From: Promethearchaeota archaeon
GTDB lineage: Archaea; Asgardarchaeota; Lokiarchaeia; Sigyniarchaeales; SOKP01
Assembly: GCA_019057865.1 (NCBI GenBank)
Contig: JAHLWP010000012.1
Span: 28,544-92,543 of the forward strand
DNA length: 64,000 bases
Direction of reading: 5' to 3'
Positions 39,757-49,643 of this stretch are shown in pieces; position 1 is the stretch's first letter; each line of letters starts with the position of its first letter. The notes below the pieces were generated by a model. It was not told where the DNA came from. It ran no database searches and worked only from the letters and a program-made list of their open reading frames with translations. The position numbers were made by a program, and so were the translations under genes.

Positions 39757-40971
39757 TCATTTATTTAATATCTTCAGTAATCTAATAAAAATGTTAGGGT
39801 GTTTTAGCGTAAATTTTATTAAAAAAGTGAAAACTAATGGGTTCTTTAATAATTTAAAAATTAAAGCTTTTGGAAAATCCATATCCCCATAAAAAGAAAT
39901 TAAATGTTCTATCTTACTTGTTTTTATAATTTGAAATAAATATTCAAAATCCGTGTTCGAGAGATGTTCTAACAAATATCTAATTATATAATGAATTTTC
40001 AACTGCTTTCCAACAATAGAAGCACAAAGTTCTTCATAGTTACTTTTAATAAATTTTTTTGAAAATTTATTGATTTTAAAACATTTTATTATACAACTTG
40101 CCGCAAATTTTGCACATGTTATTAGTATAATAATACCTCCTCCAGTTGTTGCTTTAACTTGACAAGCTGAATCTCCCAAGAGTAATATATTATCGAATGC
40201 TGATTTATTCAATGTACCATAAGGAATAACTCCTCCTTGATGTTCAATTGCCTTTATAGAGTCGATTTTAAGCTTTTTTAAAAAGATACTAAAATTCCTG
40301 GTAATATTTTTAGCAGAAGCTAGTCCTATACGGTAAATGTTATTGGAACCCTCAGGTATAATCCAACCAAATAATTCTTTCCATCGAGGGTCAAAATGCA
40401 TTATAACTTCATCATCTCTAAAATTTCCTTGAATCCGAATTTGAGTTGCATACAGTTTACAGTATTTAAGACCCATCAACTTTGCTATAGCAGATAAGGG
40501 TCCATCACATCCAACTAATATTTTGGCCGTTAATCTTCGTTTTGATGTTTCTACTAATACGACTTGTTTCTTTTCTTGGACTAAATATCTATATTTAAAT
40601 GATTTAAATTTCTCTTCAAGATAGTAAGTAATATTTGGATTATCTTTAACTTTCGAATAAAATAATAGGTCTAAAGCATGGCGATCTATGATATATGGTC
40701 GTTCATTCCCTGATAGCCTTATAAATTTTCCAGAAGGAGCAACTAATTTAACTTTTTCTACACGATTTAATACAATTTCTTGAGGAAGCTCTATTAACTC
40801 AGATAATTTTTGAGAAATAATACCGGCGCACTGAACAGGTAATCCAATCTCTTTATGTTCTTCGATAACAGCTATTTTTAACTTTGTTTTAGATAATAAA
40901 AAACATAAATAATTACCTGCAATACTTCCTCCTATAATACAGACATCATAATTCTCGATATTTCTATCCAT
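39757..40971 (-). CDS. Geranylgeranyl reductase family flavoprotein
   Basis: IIGGSIAG, PVQCAG, GCDG, FGWIIP, GDSACQVKATTGGGI. Confidence 0.85.
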   Translation of the reverse strand: MDRNIENYDVCIIGGSIAGNYLCFLLSKTKLKIAVIEEHKEIGLPVQCAGIISQKLSELIELPQEIVLNRVEKVKLVAPSGKFIRLSGNERPYIIDRHALDLLFYSKVKDNPNITYYLEEKFKSFKYRYLVQEKKQVVLVETSKRRLTAKILVGCDGPLSAIAKLMGLKYCKLYATQIRIQGNFRDDEVIMHFDPRWKELFGWIIPEGSNNIYRIGLASAKNITRNFSIFLKKLKIDSIKAIEHQGGVIPYGTLNKSAFDNILLLGDSACQVKATTGGGIIILITCAKFAASCIIKCFKINKFSKKFIKSNYEELCASIVGKQLKIHYIIRYLLEHLSNTDFEYLFQIIKTSKIEHLISFYGDMDFPKALIFKLLKNPLVFTFLIKFTLKHPNIFIRLLKILNK

Positions 40972-41023
40972 TATTAAAGATTAAAGAAAACTAGAAATTA
41001 GAAGTTTTTGGAAAAATAATTTA

Positions 41024-42019
41024 TTACTCTTTCCTATAACCTAGATCCATCATCATTCCATAAACTATACCTAAAGCAATGCTATTAAAAATTAGGCTAT
41101 TATCAATAGTTAGATCTGTTCTTTCAGTCAAAAATGGCATTATTTTATTAACAATATATTTAGTATCAGGCTTTTCTTCATAGAATTTTATTACTAATGT
41201 TCTAAATTTTTTCATAAAAGATTCATGCTCTAATATTAATTCTCTTATGTTTTTTTCTCCATTAACAATTCCAAAATGGCCAAAACCTGCTTTTAAGGGA
41301 TGGAGTTTTTTAAGATTTTCAATTGTGTTCATATAATCTTTATGATTATAATATACTGGCATTGAGACTGGCATCGTTACTAATTTTGTAGTGTGATACA
41401 ACGTCCCTGCAGCTTCTCCTAAAAATATAAACTCAATTAGATTATTCTTAATTAATATTGAAGACTGGTGATCAGGAGTATGTCCTGGAGTTCTTAATAT
41501 TGCTAATTTTATCTCTGACCCATTTTTATAAAATGTCTCAATAATATCAAAATTACTTGGATCTGAATAGAATTTTTGATTTGGTTTGATGATTTTGAAA
41601 GCAGAATCCTCAATTGGTTTCATTTCACCAACTAGATTTCCATAAGTACGTCTTGCTCGATCTAAATGACTCTCATAGTTATTCAATAATTCTTTAGTTT
41701 GTTGATTTGTAATAATTTTAACATCTTGACTATATTTTTTTATCTCTTCATATAGTTTCCATAAACCACCATTATGATCGAAATGATGATGAGATGTAAT
41801 AAGATACTTTATTGAGGATAAGGGAATTTTTTGATTTTTCAAGTATCTTAGAGTCTTTCTAATATCCAATGATGAACCACAATCAAACAAGATTGAACAG
41901 TTATCAAATTCTCCAAGATAAAGGGACAGCATTCGAGTTGTCCCATATGCTCTCACATCAATTTGATGAAGATAATCACTTACCTTTCCAGATTTGGTAG
42001 TGATTAATTCTTGAACCAT
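41024..42019 (-). CDS. Metallo-beta-lactamase fold hydrolase
   Basis: SHHHFDHNGG, TPGHTPDH, GHFG. Confidence 0.88.
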   Translation of the reverse strand: MVQELITTKSGKVSDYLHQIDVRAYGTTRMLSLYLGEFDNCSILFDCGSSLDIRKTLRYLKNQKIPLSSIKYLITSHHHFDHNGGLWKLYEEIKKYSQDVKIITNQQTKELLNNYESHLDRARRTYGNLVGEMKPIEDSAFKIIKPNQKFYSDPSNFDIIETFYKNGSEIKLAILRTPGHTPDHQSSILIKNNLIEFIFLGEAAGTLYHTTKLVTMPVSMPVYYNHKDYMNTIENLKKLHPLKAGFGHFGIVNGEKNIRELILEHESFMKKFRTLVIKFYEEKPDTKYIVNKIMPFLTERTDLTIDNSLIFNSIALGIVYGMMMDLGYRKE

Positions 42020-42120
42020 AGATAGACTAATTAAAAATAGAATAAGAAGGATTTTGTTATAAAATAAAATTATTTATAGGGAAGGATAAGAAAAGTAAAG
42101 AATTTTTTAGAAATATTCAT

Positions 42121-44310
42121 TTAAAGATTAAGCTTCTCTTTCCATGACTTCATTGATAACTTCAATTTTTCTCTTTCAGGACGACTTAGTAATTCAGTAT
42201 TCTTTTTTAGATCAGTACTAACACCGTGAATATTTTTTAAAATACTATTATATCCTTCTATTTTAACATACTCACTTTGAAATCTTTCTAGAGTAGATGA
42301 AATTTCAATTCCTGTCATTTTATCTATATTATTTATGATATCATTAAACTGTTTTGAAAGAAAAGATGGTTTTTTCTCTTCTGGTTCTGCTTTTGCTGGA
42401 AGAGGAGCCTCTTTAGCTGGTTTAGGCATTATTTTAGGTTCATGAATAACTGGTTCTAATTTTGTTTCCTCTTTTGAAAGTGAACTTTTAATGGATCTCA
42501 TAATTTCTTTTCTTGCAGAAACCCAAGCATCTTCGAGTACAGGAACAAAAATTTTAATATGTTCTTCAATTATACTTCCAATTCCTGCAATTTCAGTTAT
42601 AGTTTCTCCTCGAAACTCAGTTTTAGAAAGTACACATAGGATTACCTCTTCATAATCCCTGTTTATACCCCATAAATTTTGTAACGTGCGGTTTCTGTAA
42701 TCAACATTATCCATATTATCGAGTTCTCCCAGAATTGCTTCATGTACCGGTGACGTTGGGTCAATATAAGAAGCGATTCTAAAATTTATTCTTGAAGGTC
42801 GTGCTTTTATAGCATCAATATCAACATCTGTAATTTGAGGTGCAACTACTAAAACTCGCATTTTAGCTTTTGCAATTTCATCATTAATATGAGCCTTAGC
42901 ACTTTCTATAGACCGAATAAACCATATATCTTTCATAGTAAACAGTGAGCCCCTTTTTGCTTGTTCCCAGAACTCCTTGGTAGTTATCTCGCTAATTTCC
43001 AATCTTTTTAATATATCCTCTAACGTGTTGTTTAAGGTATCTACAATTTCTCTTGAAAAAATGTCTTTAATATTACCAAAAGATTGAAAAATTCCGCCAG
43101 AAATGCCATCTATTCTTTCTTCTGCCATTTTTACAGCTTTATCGAAATTTTCACTCATTTCTGAAAATATCTTATCCGTATCTTCACCAGACTTAGCAGT
43201 AATCCCCTTAATATTTTTTACTGCATCCTCAATTGTTTTTTTCAGGTTAGAAATAATTTCGGTGTCTATTCCTTGAGTTGCTTTTTTCAATTCATCTACA
43301 AACACAGTTTGACTTACACTTAATTGTATATTAATATTATCTGTTATTTTTTTTAATCGATTTGTTATTATTTTTTCAATTACATCAACCACAGTTTGCT
43401 GGAGTACACCCAAACGTAATTTTCGCAAATTTTCAGCTATTATTTCTTTTAGTTCTTCGAATTGATCTTTTAATGCATCAAGTTGATTGTTAATAATTTG
43501 AGAAGTTTTTGTACTAAGATTTTCAAATTGTTTAGTTAGATCTCCAATTTGTTCTTCAGATATAGTTTTTGCAAAATCACCAAGACTACTTATATCCACT
43601 GAAATATTTCTAATTTTATCTATTGCCGCAATTGTATCATCAAATTCTTGCTTTTGGGCATGGATTTGATCTATCATCTTTTGTTTTAAATTACCTATAA
43701 GCTCACCAGAGTCTTTAAGTTTCTCCATATCTTTAGCTTCAGACTCTAGCTGAGTGAAAGCTTTATCCAATTGAGTTGGTAATTTTGATTTTATATTTGA
43801 AATAAAGTCATAAAAGCTTCTTAACTGAGCAATTAAAGCAGCATAAGGTGGTAAAGCAGCATAATGTGGTGTAGCACCAATAATTTCTTTAAATAATCCC
43901 TTTTCTACAAATTTATCTGCAATTGTTTTACATTCTTCTTTAGGTTTACCTATTAAAAGTGCCATTTCACCTAGAGAAACAGCTTCTCGTCCAGTTGTTC
44001 GAAAGTATAATTCTATTTCTTCATCATTTAAATCAATCTCACTTAATACTTGTCTTGTTAATTCTTCTGAATATGCAACTTCTTCTTCTTTTCTCACAAT
44101 ATCTTTAATTTCGAAGTTTTCTACTTCTAAATATTGATTAATGAAGACTATTAATTTATGTGGGGGGTCTCCATGAACGTATTCCTTCTTAATAGGGAAT
44201 TTTTTGACTTCCTTATACTCATCTTTGGATACTTTGAACTTAATCTCTTTTAAACATATTTTACAACTAACTGGAATCTCAATTTCGTCTTTTTCCTCAA
44301 ATAGATACAT
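42121..44310 (-). CDS. TrmB-like winged-helix protein with long central coiled coil and PLD/TrmB-effector-like C-terminal domain
   Basis: N-terminal CKIC; wHTH ending ...GLFKEIIGATPHYAALPP; ~300 aa helical region; AKAHINDEIAKAKMRVLVVAP. Confidence 0.55.
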   Translation of the reverse strand: MYLFEEKDEIEIPVSCKICLKEIKFKVSKDEYKEVKKFPIKKEYVHGDPPHKLIVFINQYLEVENFEIKDIVRKEEEVAYSEELTRQVLSEIDLNDEEIELYFRTTGREAVSLGEMALLIGKPKEECKTIADKFVEKGLFKEIIGATPHYAALPPYAALIAQLRSFYDFISNIKSKLPTQLDKAFTQLESEAKDMEKLKDSGELIGNLKQKMIDQIHAQKQEFDDTIAAIDKIRNISVDISSLGDFAKTISEEQIGDLTKQFENLSTKTSQIINNQLDALKDQFEELKEIIAENLRKLRLGVLQQTVVDVIEKIITNRLKKITDNINIQLSVSQTVFVDELKKATQGIDTEIISNLKKTIEDAVKNIKGITAKSGEDTDKIFSEMSENFDKAVKMAEERIDGISGGIFQSFGNIKDIFSREIVDTLNNTLEDILKRLEISEITTKEFWEQAKRGSLFTMKDIWFIRSIESAKAHINDEIAKAKMRVLVVAPQITDVDIDAIKARPSRINFRIASYIDPTSPVHEAILGELDNMDNVDYRNRTLQNLWGINRDYEEVILCVLSKTEFRGETITEIAGIGSIIEEHIKIFVPVLEDAWVSARKEIMRSIKSSLSKEETKLEPVIHEPKIMPKPAKEAPLPAKAEPEEKKPSFLSKQFNDIINNIDKMTGIEISSTLERFQSEYVKIEGYNSILKNIHGVSTDLKKNTELLSRPEREKLKLSMKSWKEKLNL

Positions 44311-44341
44311 CTTTTAATATCATCTCTTTTATTAAATTAAT

Positions 44342-45595
44342 CTAAAATGTAACCTTCTCTGGATATGTTATCTCTAATAAAGTAAGGGCTTTTTTAGCTA
44401 TTTCATAGGTAATTGCTCCATCAGTATCTTGGTTTTTAAACGCTTCTCTAATTTTTGGTAATAGATGTTCTGGAAAAATAATTAATGGTTTAATATCTGT
44501 TAGTAGTAGTATCCAACTTCGCTTTTTCTCATCTTTAATCTCAGTAATAATATTCAAATCCTTTAAATCATCAAGTAGAATCTCTGTTACAGCAAATTCA
44601 CTAAATATTTTAGGGATTTTGTCAAGAGGATAATGATTATGTCGCATAAGCACAAAAAAATCATATATATCAGGATTTAGCATGATAGATGCTAGTTTTC
44701 TTATTTCTTCAATTGGTTGTGTATATGGATCGTAATTTGAAAAGAAATCAATAACTTTTTGTTTATATTCTGGTAATAATTCATTTTTTGTTTCTTTGAA
44801 ATGATTTAATAGATTTTCATTTGGGATTCTTGCCATAAGAATATCTTTCACTAAAAACAAATATTCTCCTTGGTGTTTAATCTCGCCAGTTTTTTTATCT
44901 TTTTCTCCTTTAATCCAGTCACGTCTAATTAAATTTAGTTCTAAGAAAGGTCGTAGTAATATATCTACATTTGGAGTTGATTTAAATTTTTCCAGTATAT
45001 CCTTCATTTCTCTTTTAGATATCGGACGATCGCGTAAAATTTCTAAGATTTTCATTCTTTCAACGCTATTATATATTAAGGAAACTTTCTGTAGTTTATC
45101 TAAATTAGATAATCTATCAACTTGAAATATGGTAAACTTAACTTCATTTTTTAATCTTATATTTATGTTAGAGATTAATGAGAGCTGTTTTGAAGTTTTT
45201 GCCCGTGTAAGTTTATCAAATATTTTATCCAGTCGATTTCCCATTTCTTTAATTAGATCCTCAAAAATCTCAATTTCATCATCTAATTCGAATATTGATA
45301 TTGCTAAGAATTGTGATCCATCAGCAGATTGGTTAAAATATGAAATAACCTGATAAGGAGTTTCTTTTAACCTTCCTGTATAAAAATTACTATAGCTATA
45401 CTTTACTCCGAAGAGTCCAGTTGTATGTTGATAAAATGTAGCAAAGATGTCGTTTTCAGCAATCAATTTTGAATAATTATCCTCATTATATGTTTCGTCC
45501 CTAAATTCTAATTGTATAGGTTCAAATTCTGGTTCTATCTCACCCGTCTCCTTTTGATTTATCTTAAATTCCATGCATAAAATACCTTGAATCAA
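44342..45595 (-). CDS. Hypothetical protein, possible longin-like N-terminus plus winged-helix domains
   Basis: 417-aa ORF; ERMKILEILRDRPISKREM...LLRPFLELNLI resembles a wHTH. Confidence 0.5.
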   Translation of the reverse strand: MIQGILCMEFKINQKETGEIEPEFEPIQLEFRDETYNEDNYSKLIAENDIFATFYQHTTGLFGVKYSYSNFYTGRLKETPYQVISYFNQSADGSQFLAISIFELDDEIEIFEDLIKEMGNRLDKIFDKLTRAKTSKQLSLISNINIRLKNEVKFTIFQVDRLSNLDKLQKVSLIYNSVERMKILEILRDRPISKREMKDILEKFKSTPNVDILLRPFLELNLIRRDWIKGEKDKKTGEIKHQGEYLFLVKDILMARIPNENLLNHFKETKNELLPEYKQKVIDFFSNYDPYTQPIEEIRKLASIMLNPDIYDFFVLMRHNHYPLDKIPKIFSEFAVTEILLDDLKDLNIITEIKDEKKRSWILLLTDIKPLIIFPEHLLPKIREAFKNQDTDGAITYEIAKKALTLLEITYPEKVTF

Positions 45596-45847
45596 TATTA
45601 TGTCCCTCGATAAATGTTATAATATAAATTATATATAATTATTTCTTAAGCAATTTACTTAATTAAACTTTGCTTTAACTAATCTTACTTTTAAACAATA
45701 TTTATGCTTTTTGTTAATTTAATTCCATGATGAAGATCACAAAATAATCTATTTCATTATGAATAAAATGTTAATAATCAGATTTTTAATAATTGAGTTT
45801 TTGACAAAAATATCAAGTTCTCTAGAATATTATCAATTTTTAACAAT

Positions 45848-45872
45848 TTAAATTATATATAATCAATTCTTA
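45848..45872 (+). promoter_or_regulatory. Conserved upstream motif, copy 1
   Basis: TTAAATTATATATAATCAATTCTTA starting 100 nt before ATG 45948. Confidence 0.6.
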
Positions 45873-45947
45873 TAAGTTATTTATATTATAATAGGTAATT
45901 TCTTAGAATATATGAATAGTTAATGATAATAGCGGTTAATTTATATC

Positions 45948-48900
45948 ATGAATAATAAACATCATAGGAAAAGAAAATATTTTTCTCAAGGCATTAATCG
46001 ACTAAGATTATTATTAACAGTTATTTTTATATTTATTTTAGTCCTGAATATTTATTTCTTTGTCCCCAATAAAAGCCAAAGTACCTCACTTATATCTAAA
46101 GAATATTTTAATCTAAGGGGAGATCAGCCAGGACTTCATACATCAGATAGTGAGTGGTCAAAATCCACCCATAATGTACAATGGATTCAAAATTCAGATT
46201 TTAATACATCTAATAATTGGGTAAGTGAAATTATTGGAGATTATAAAGATGTTGGAACAGATATAAGTATGGGGGAAGCACACTATGCTATTAAGGGAGA
46301 TCAAGAAATTGATTATAACATAATTTCAGGTACAATTAATAATTCATTGACATCACCAGGGTGGAGTAATTCAACCAATCCTAGGATTCCTGTATATCCT
46401 AGAAGAATTGCAACCGAACCACTTCATGAAATCACAAGTGATGGCTGTTGGACTGCTCATATATGGAATGAATCTTTAGGATCAGAATTAAATCCATTTC
46501 AAAAAGTATCTGTACAATGGGATAAAAATATCTCTCTTCCTGATGATATGTCAGACTATTTTATTACATCTGCTTCAATAAAGACAACTGTAAATGCTAC
46601 CGTTAGAGCTTATAAAGGATATGGTCAAGATAGACCAACTGTAGCACCTTTTGATCCATGGGGAGGTTTAGAAGTAAACGGTGATATTAATTTCTCTAAA
46701 GTTCCACCAAGTGATGATGGGAGAGATACATATTATGGAGAGGGGGATTATGTTATTTTTTATGTAGAACTTTCCAATTTAAATAAGAGTATAAATTACA
46801 GAGTTTCTTCATATAAACCTTCTGGTTTAGGAAGCGATGTTGGTCACTATCTTTATGATAATATAACAGATACAATATTCGAACCTGATAATATGGAGAA
46901 TTTGATTTTTTATATTAATCAAGTTTTGGAAGGTGATCACCATAATTTTACAATTACAATAGGAATTGAAATAAATTGTGAGGATAATAAAGAGTGCGAT
47001 TGGGATATATTTGAAGATATTTTTATTAAAACTTGCGATTTTAATATTTCATTTGTGAAAAAAATTGACCAATTAACATCAGCATCATGGAAATATCAAG
47101 GAGAAAAGCTTGAAAGTGATAAAGGGATAATAGAGGTCACTGAATCTAAATTAAATTTTGATTTTAAGATAAATCAATCTTGGCCAACCCATTTATCTCC
47201 AAATTCAGAAATTAAAATATTAATAAATAAGCAAGAGCACGCTGAGACCATTAAGCTAAGTAATGCTGATACATTCTTTAAAAGTATTAAAGAAGATGGA
47301 TTTGATGTTACAAAATTAATTCCGGTTAATGAGGATATTAATGTTTCAATTCAGATTTTCCTTGCTGACGAATTCGGATTAGCTGAAGAATATGTAATTG
47401 CTATAGATAATGTAATCTTAAATATTTCCTATAATTTATATATCAAATTAGAAAAATCGATACTGTTTGAAATGCTTTTAACGCTTGCCATTATTGCTTC
47501 TGGATGTTTAGGAGGTTATTTTATACTCTATCAACGAGTATTAAAATATCCGAAACCAGTGCGAAAAACGCGGAAGTTCCGGTTTTCCTTGAAAAAGGAG
47601 AAACGTCCTGATGTAGCTATTATTAGTCGTGAATCTGCTTTTAAGTCATTATATAACAAAGAATTAGAAAAAACAGCTAGTATAAGAGTCAGAACACCGA
47701 AACCATCTCAAATTAGCAGTAAGATGACTCAAAAATCATTTAATAAAAGTAATAAAGTAAAACTAAGCAAAAAAACATTAATCATTCTATTTATTTTAAT
47801 TGTAGGAGTATTACTAATCCCAATATTACACAACTTAAATCTTAGTAATCGTTATCTTGAGAGAGAGAGAGAAATCAATCATTTAAACATATCTTCAGGT
47901 CCTTGGTCTAGAGAACTACATATTGAACAATGGATTAATAATCCTGATTTTAATAGTATAGATAATTGGATCTCTGAATATGAAGGAGATCTAAGTGATA
48001 TCAACGCAATTATTAGTGATGATATAGCAAATTTTGAGCTATTAGGACAGAGTGGATATCAACAATGGATTGAAGATGATCCTTTGAGTGGAGAATGGAA
48101 AGAAATTGATAATGTAGATGGTATTCCAATTCCAGAAGAGCACCAGATGACTGAAAATGGGTGGTATGTAAGCCATCAATATGTAGATAATAATCTAAAT
48201 CAATCAGTTAAAGTACAATGGCAAAAAAATTTTACTACTGATGTAGATATGTCTGATTATTATATAACTTCAGCGTCCCTTGAAGCTTGGATTAATGGAA
48301 CAGCTCAAGCAATGGAGGCACATAATGGAGGAATAGATCGTCCAGGAGATACTGCTGGAAGTGGAACCATTCGGATAGCTACTGGTGATTTTGCAAGATA
48401 TTTTGTCTTACTTTCTGATTTAAATCATGAGAGAGAATTTGAAGCAACATCTTATCAAACTACTGATCTAGGAAGAGATGGGCCACCAGCTATTACTGAG
48501 TTAAACGATACAAGAATAACACCAATTAATGAAGAATCACTAATTTTTTATCTGAACCAAGCTTTTGAAAAAGATAGTTGGCATTTTGCCATAACCTTAG
48601 GCATTTCTATTTGGTGCGAAGATAGTGTTTATGCTACAGACAGAGATTTTTGGAATGGACTATGGATAAAGAATTTAACGATATCATTTACCTATGAAAA
48701 GAAAATAGACCAATTTACATCTGCAGCTTGGAAATATTTAGGAGATCAAATTGAAGCTGATAATTATAGTATTGAGGTTACACAAGCACGACTTTATTTT
48801 GATTATAAGATTAATCAAACATGGCCAACAGCTCTATCTCCAAATTCTGAAATTAAAATTTTAATAAATGATCAAGTATATAATGAAACAGTTAAATTAA

Positions 48901-49505
48901 TCAATGCTGAGACCTTTTTTAAAGCAATAAAAGAAGAAGGAATGGATGTAACTAAATTAATTCCCAATGATGAAAAAATTAATGTTTCAATTCAAATCTA
49001 TCTTGCAGACGAGTTTGGCTTGGGTTATAAATTAAAACTTTCAATTGATAATGTAAATTTGTGGATTTCTTATAATGTTCTTATTCCATTGGAAGAAACA
49101 ATATTATTTCTTGTTTTATTTGTTGTTGCATGTATAGGAGCGGCTTGTTTAACAACTTATATAGTATTGTATCAACGGATATTTAAATATCCTAAAGCAG
49201 TGAGAAAAGTGAGGAAATTTCGTAGAACCTTACGAAAAGACAAAAGTCCCATAATACCAATTATAAGTAGAGAAAGAGCATTCAAAGGAGTATATGGTAG
49301 TGAATTGTCAAAAACTACTAATTTTTTAAAAATCAAACCAACAGAACAAGAATTGATACCTGATGAGATAGATGATAAAAGTTTAGTACAAAAATCCCCT
49401 TCCACTTTAGAAGGAAAGTTAGAATCAGATCAACTTATTCAAAAATCTTTAGAAAAAAAAGAAGAATTAGATAAATTAGTAAGGAATTCATCAAAAAAAG
49501 ATTAA
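45948..49505 (+). CDS. Large membrane-anchored surface protein with two tandem TM-ectodomain-TM-basic tail modules
   Basis: Internal repeat (QWI.N.DFN, VQW.KN, DMSDY.ITSAS, CED, KKIDQ.TSA.W, LSPNSEIKILIN, KYPK.VRK.RKFR occur twice). Confidence 0.8.
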   Translation: MNNKHHRKRKYFSQGINRLRLLLTVIFIFILVLNIYFFVPNKSQSTSLISKEYFNLRGDQPGLHTSDSEWSKSTHNVQWIQNSDFNTSNNWVSEIIGDYKDVGTDISMGEAHYAIKGDQEIDYNIISGTINNSLTSPGWSNSTNPRIPVYPRRIATEPLHEITSDGCWTAHIWNESLGSELNPFQKVSVQWDKNISLPDDMSDYFITSASIKTTVNATVRAYKGYGQDRPTVAPFDPWGGLEVNGDINFSKVPPSDDGRDTYYGEGDYVIFYVELSNLNKSINYRVSSYKPSGLGSDVGHYLYDNITDTIFEPDNMENLIFYINQVLEGDHHNFTITIGIEINCEDNKECDWDIFEDIFIKTCDFNISFVKKIDQLTSASWKYQGEKLESDKGIIEVTESKLNFDFKINQSWPTHLSPNSEIKILINKQEHAETIKLSNADTFFKSIKEDGFDVTKLIPVNEDINVSIQIFLADEFGLAEEYVIAIDNVILNISYNLYIKLEKSILFEMLLTLAIIASGCLGGYFILYQRVLKYPKPVRKTRKFRFSLKKEKRPDVAIISRESAFKSLYNKELEKTASIRVRTPKPSQISSKMTQKSFNKSNKVKLSKKTLIILFILIVGVLLIPILHNLNLSNRYLEREREINHLNISSGPWSRELHIEQWINNPDFNSIDNWISEYEGDLSDINAIISDDIANFELLGQSGYQQWIEDDPLSGEWKEIDNVDGIPIPEEHQMTENGWYVSHQYVDNNLNQSVKVQWQKNFTTDVDMSDYYITSASLEAWINGTAQAMEAHNGGIDRPGDTAGSGTIRIATGDFARYFVLLSDLNHEREFEATSYQTTDLGRDGPPAITELNDTRITPINEESLIFYLNQAFEKDSWHFAITLGISIWCEDSVYATDRDFWNGLWIKNLTISFTYEKKIDQFTSAAWKYLGDQIEADNYSIEVTQARLYFDYKINQTWPTALSPNSEIKILINDQVYNETVKLINAETFFKAIKEEGMDVTKLIPNDEKINVSIQIYLADEFGLGYKLKLSIDNVNLWISYNVLIPLEETILFLVLFVVACIGAACLTTYIVLYQRIFKYPKAVRKVRKFRRTLRKDKSPIIPIISRERAFKGVYGSELSKTTNFLKIKPTEQELIPDEIDDKSLVQKSPSTLEGKLESDQLIQKSLEKKEELDKLVRNSSKKD

Positions 49506-49543
49506 AAAAGTAAGTTTTGAAAACAAAATCACAATTCAATAAA

Positions 49544-49568
49544 TTAAATTATATATAATGAATTCTTA
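49544..49568 (+). promoter_or_regulatory. Conserved upstream motif, copy 2
   Basis: TTAAATTATATATAATGAATTCTTA (24/25 identical to copy 1) starting 100 nt before ATG 49644. Confidence 0.6.
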
Positions 49569-49643
49569 CTAATAATTTATATTTTTTAATTTACTTGTAA
49601 ATATTAAATCAATACTTCAAGATACTTAAGGTAAATTGAGATC

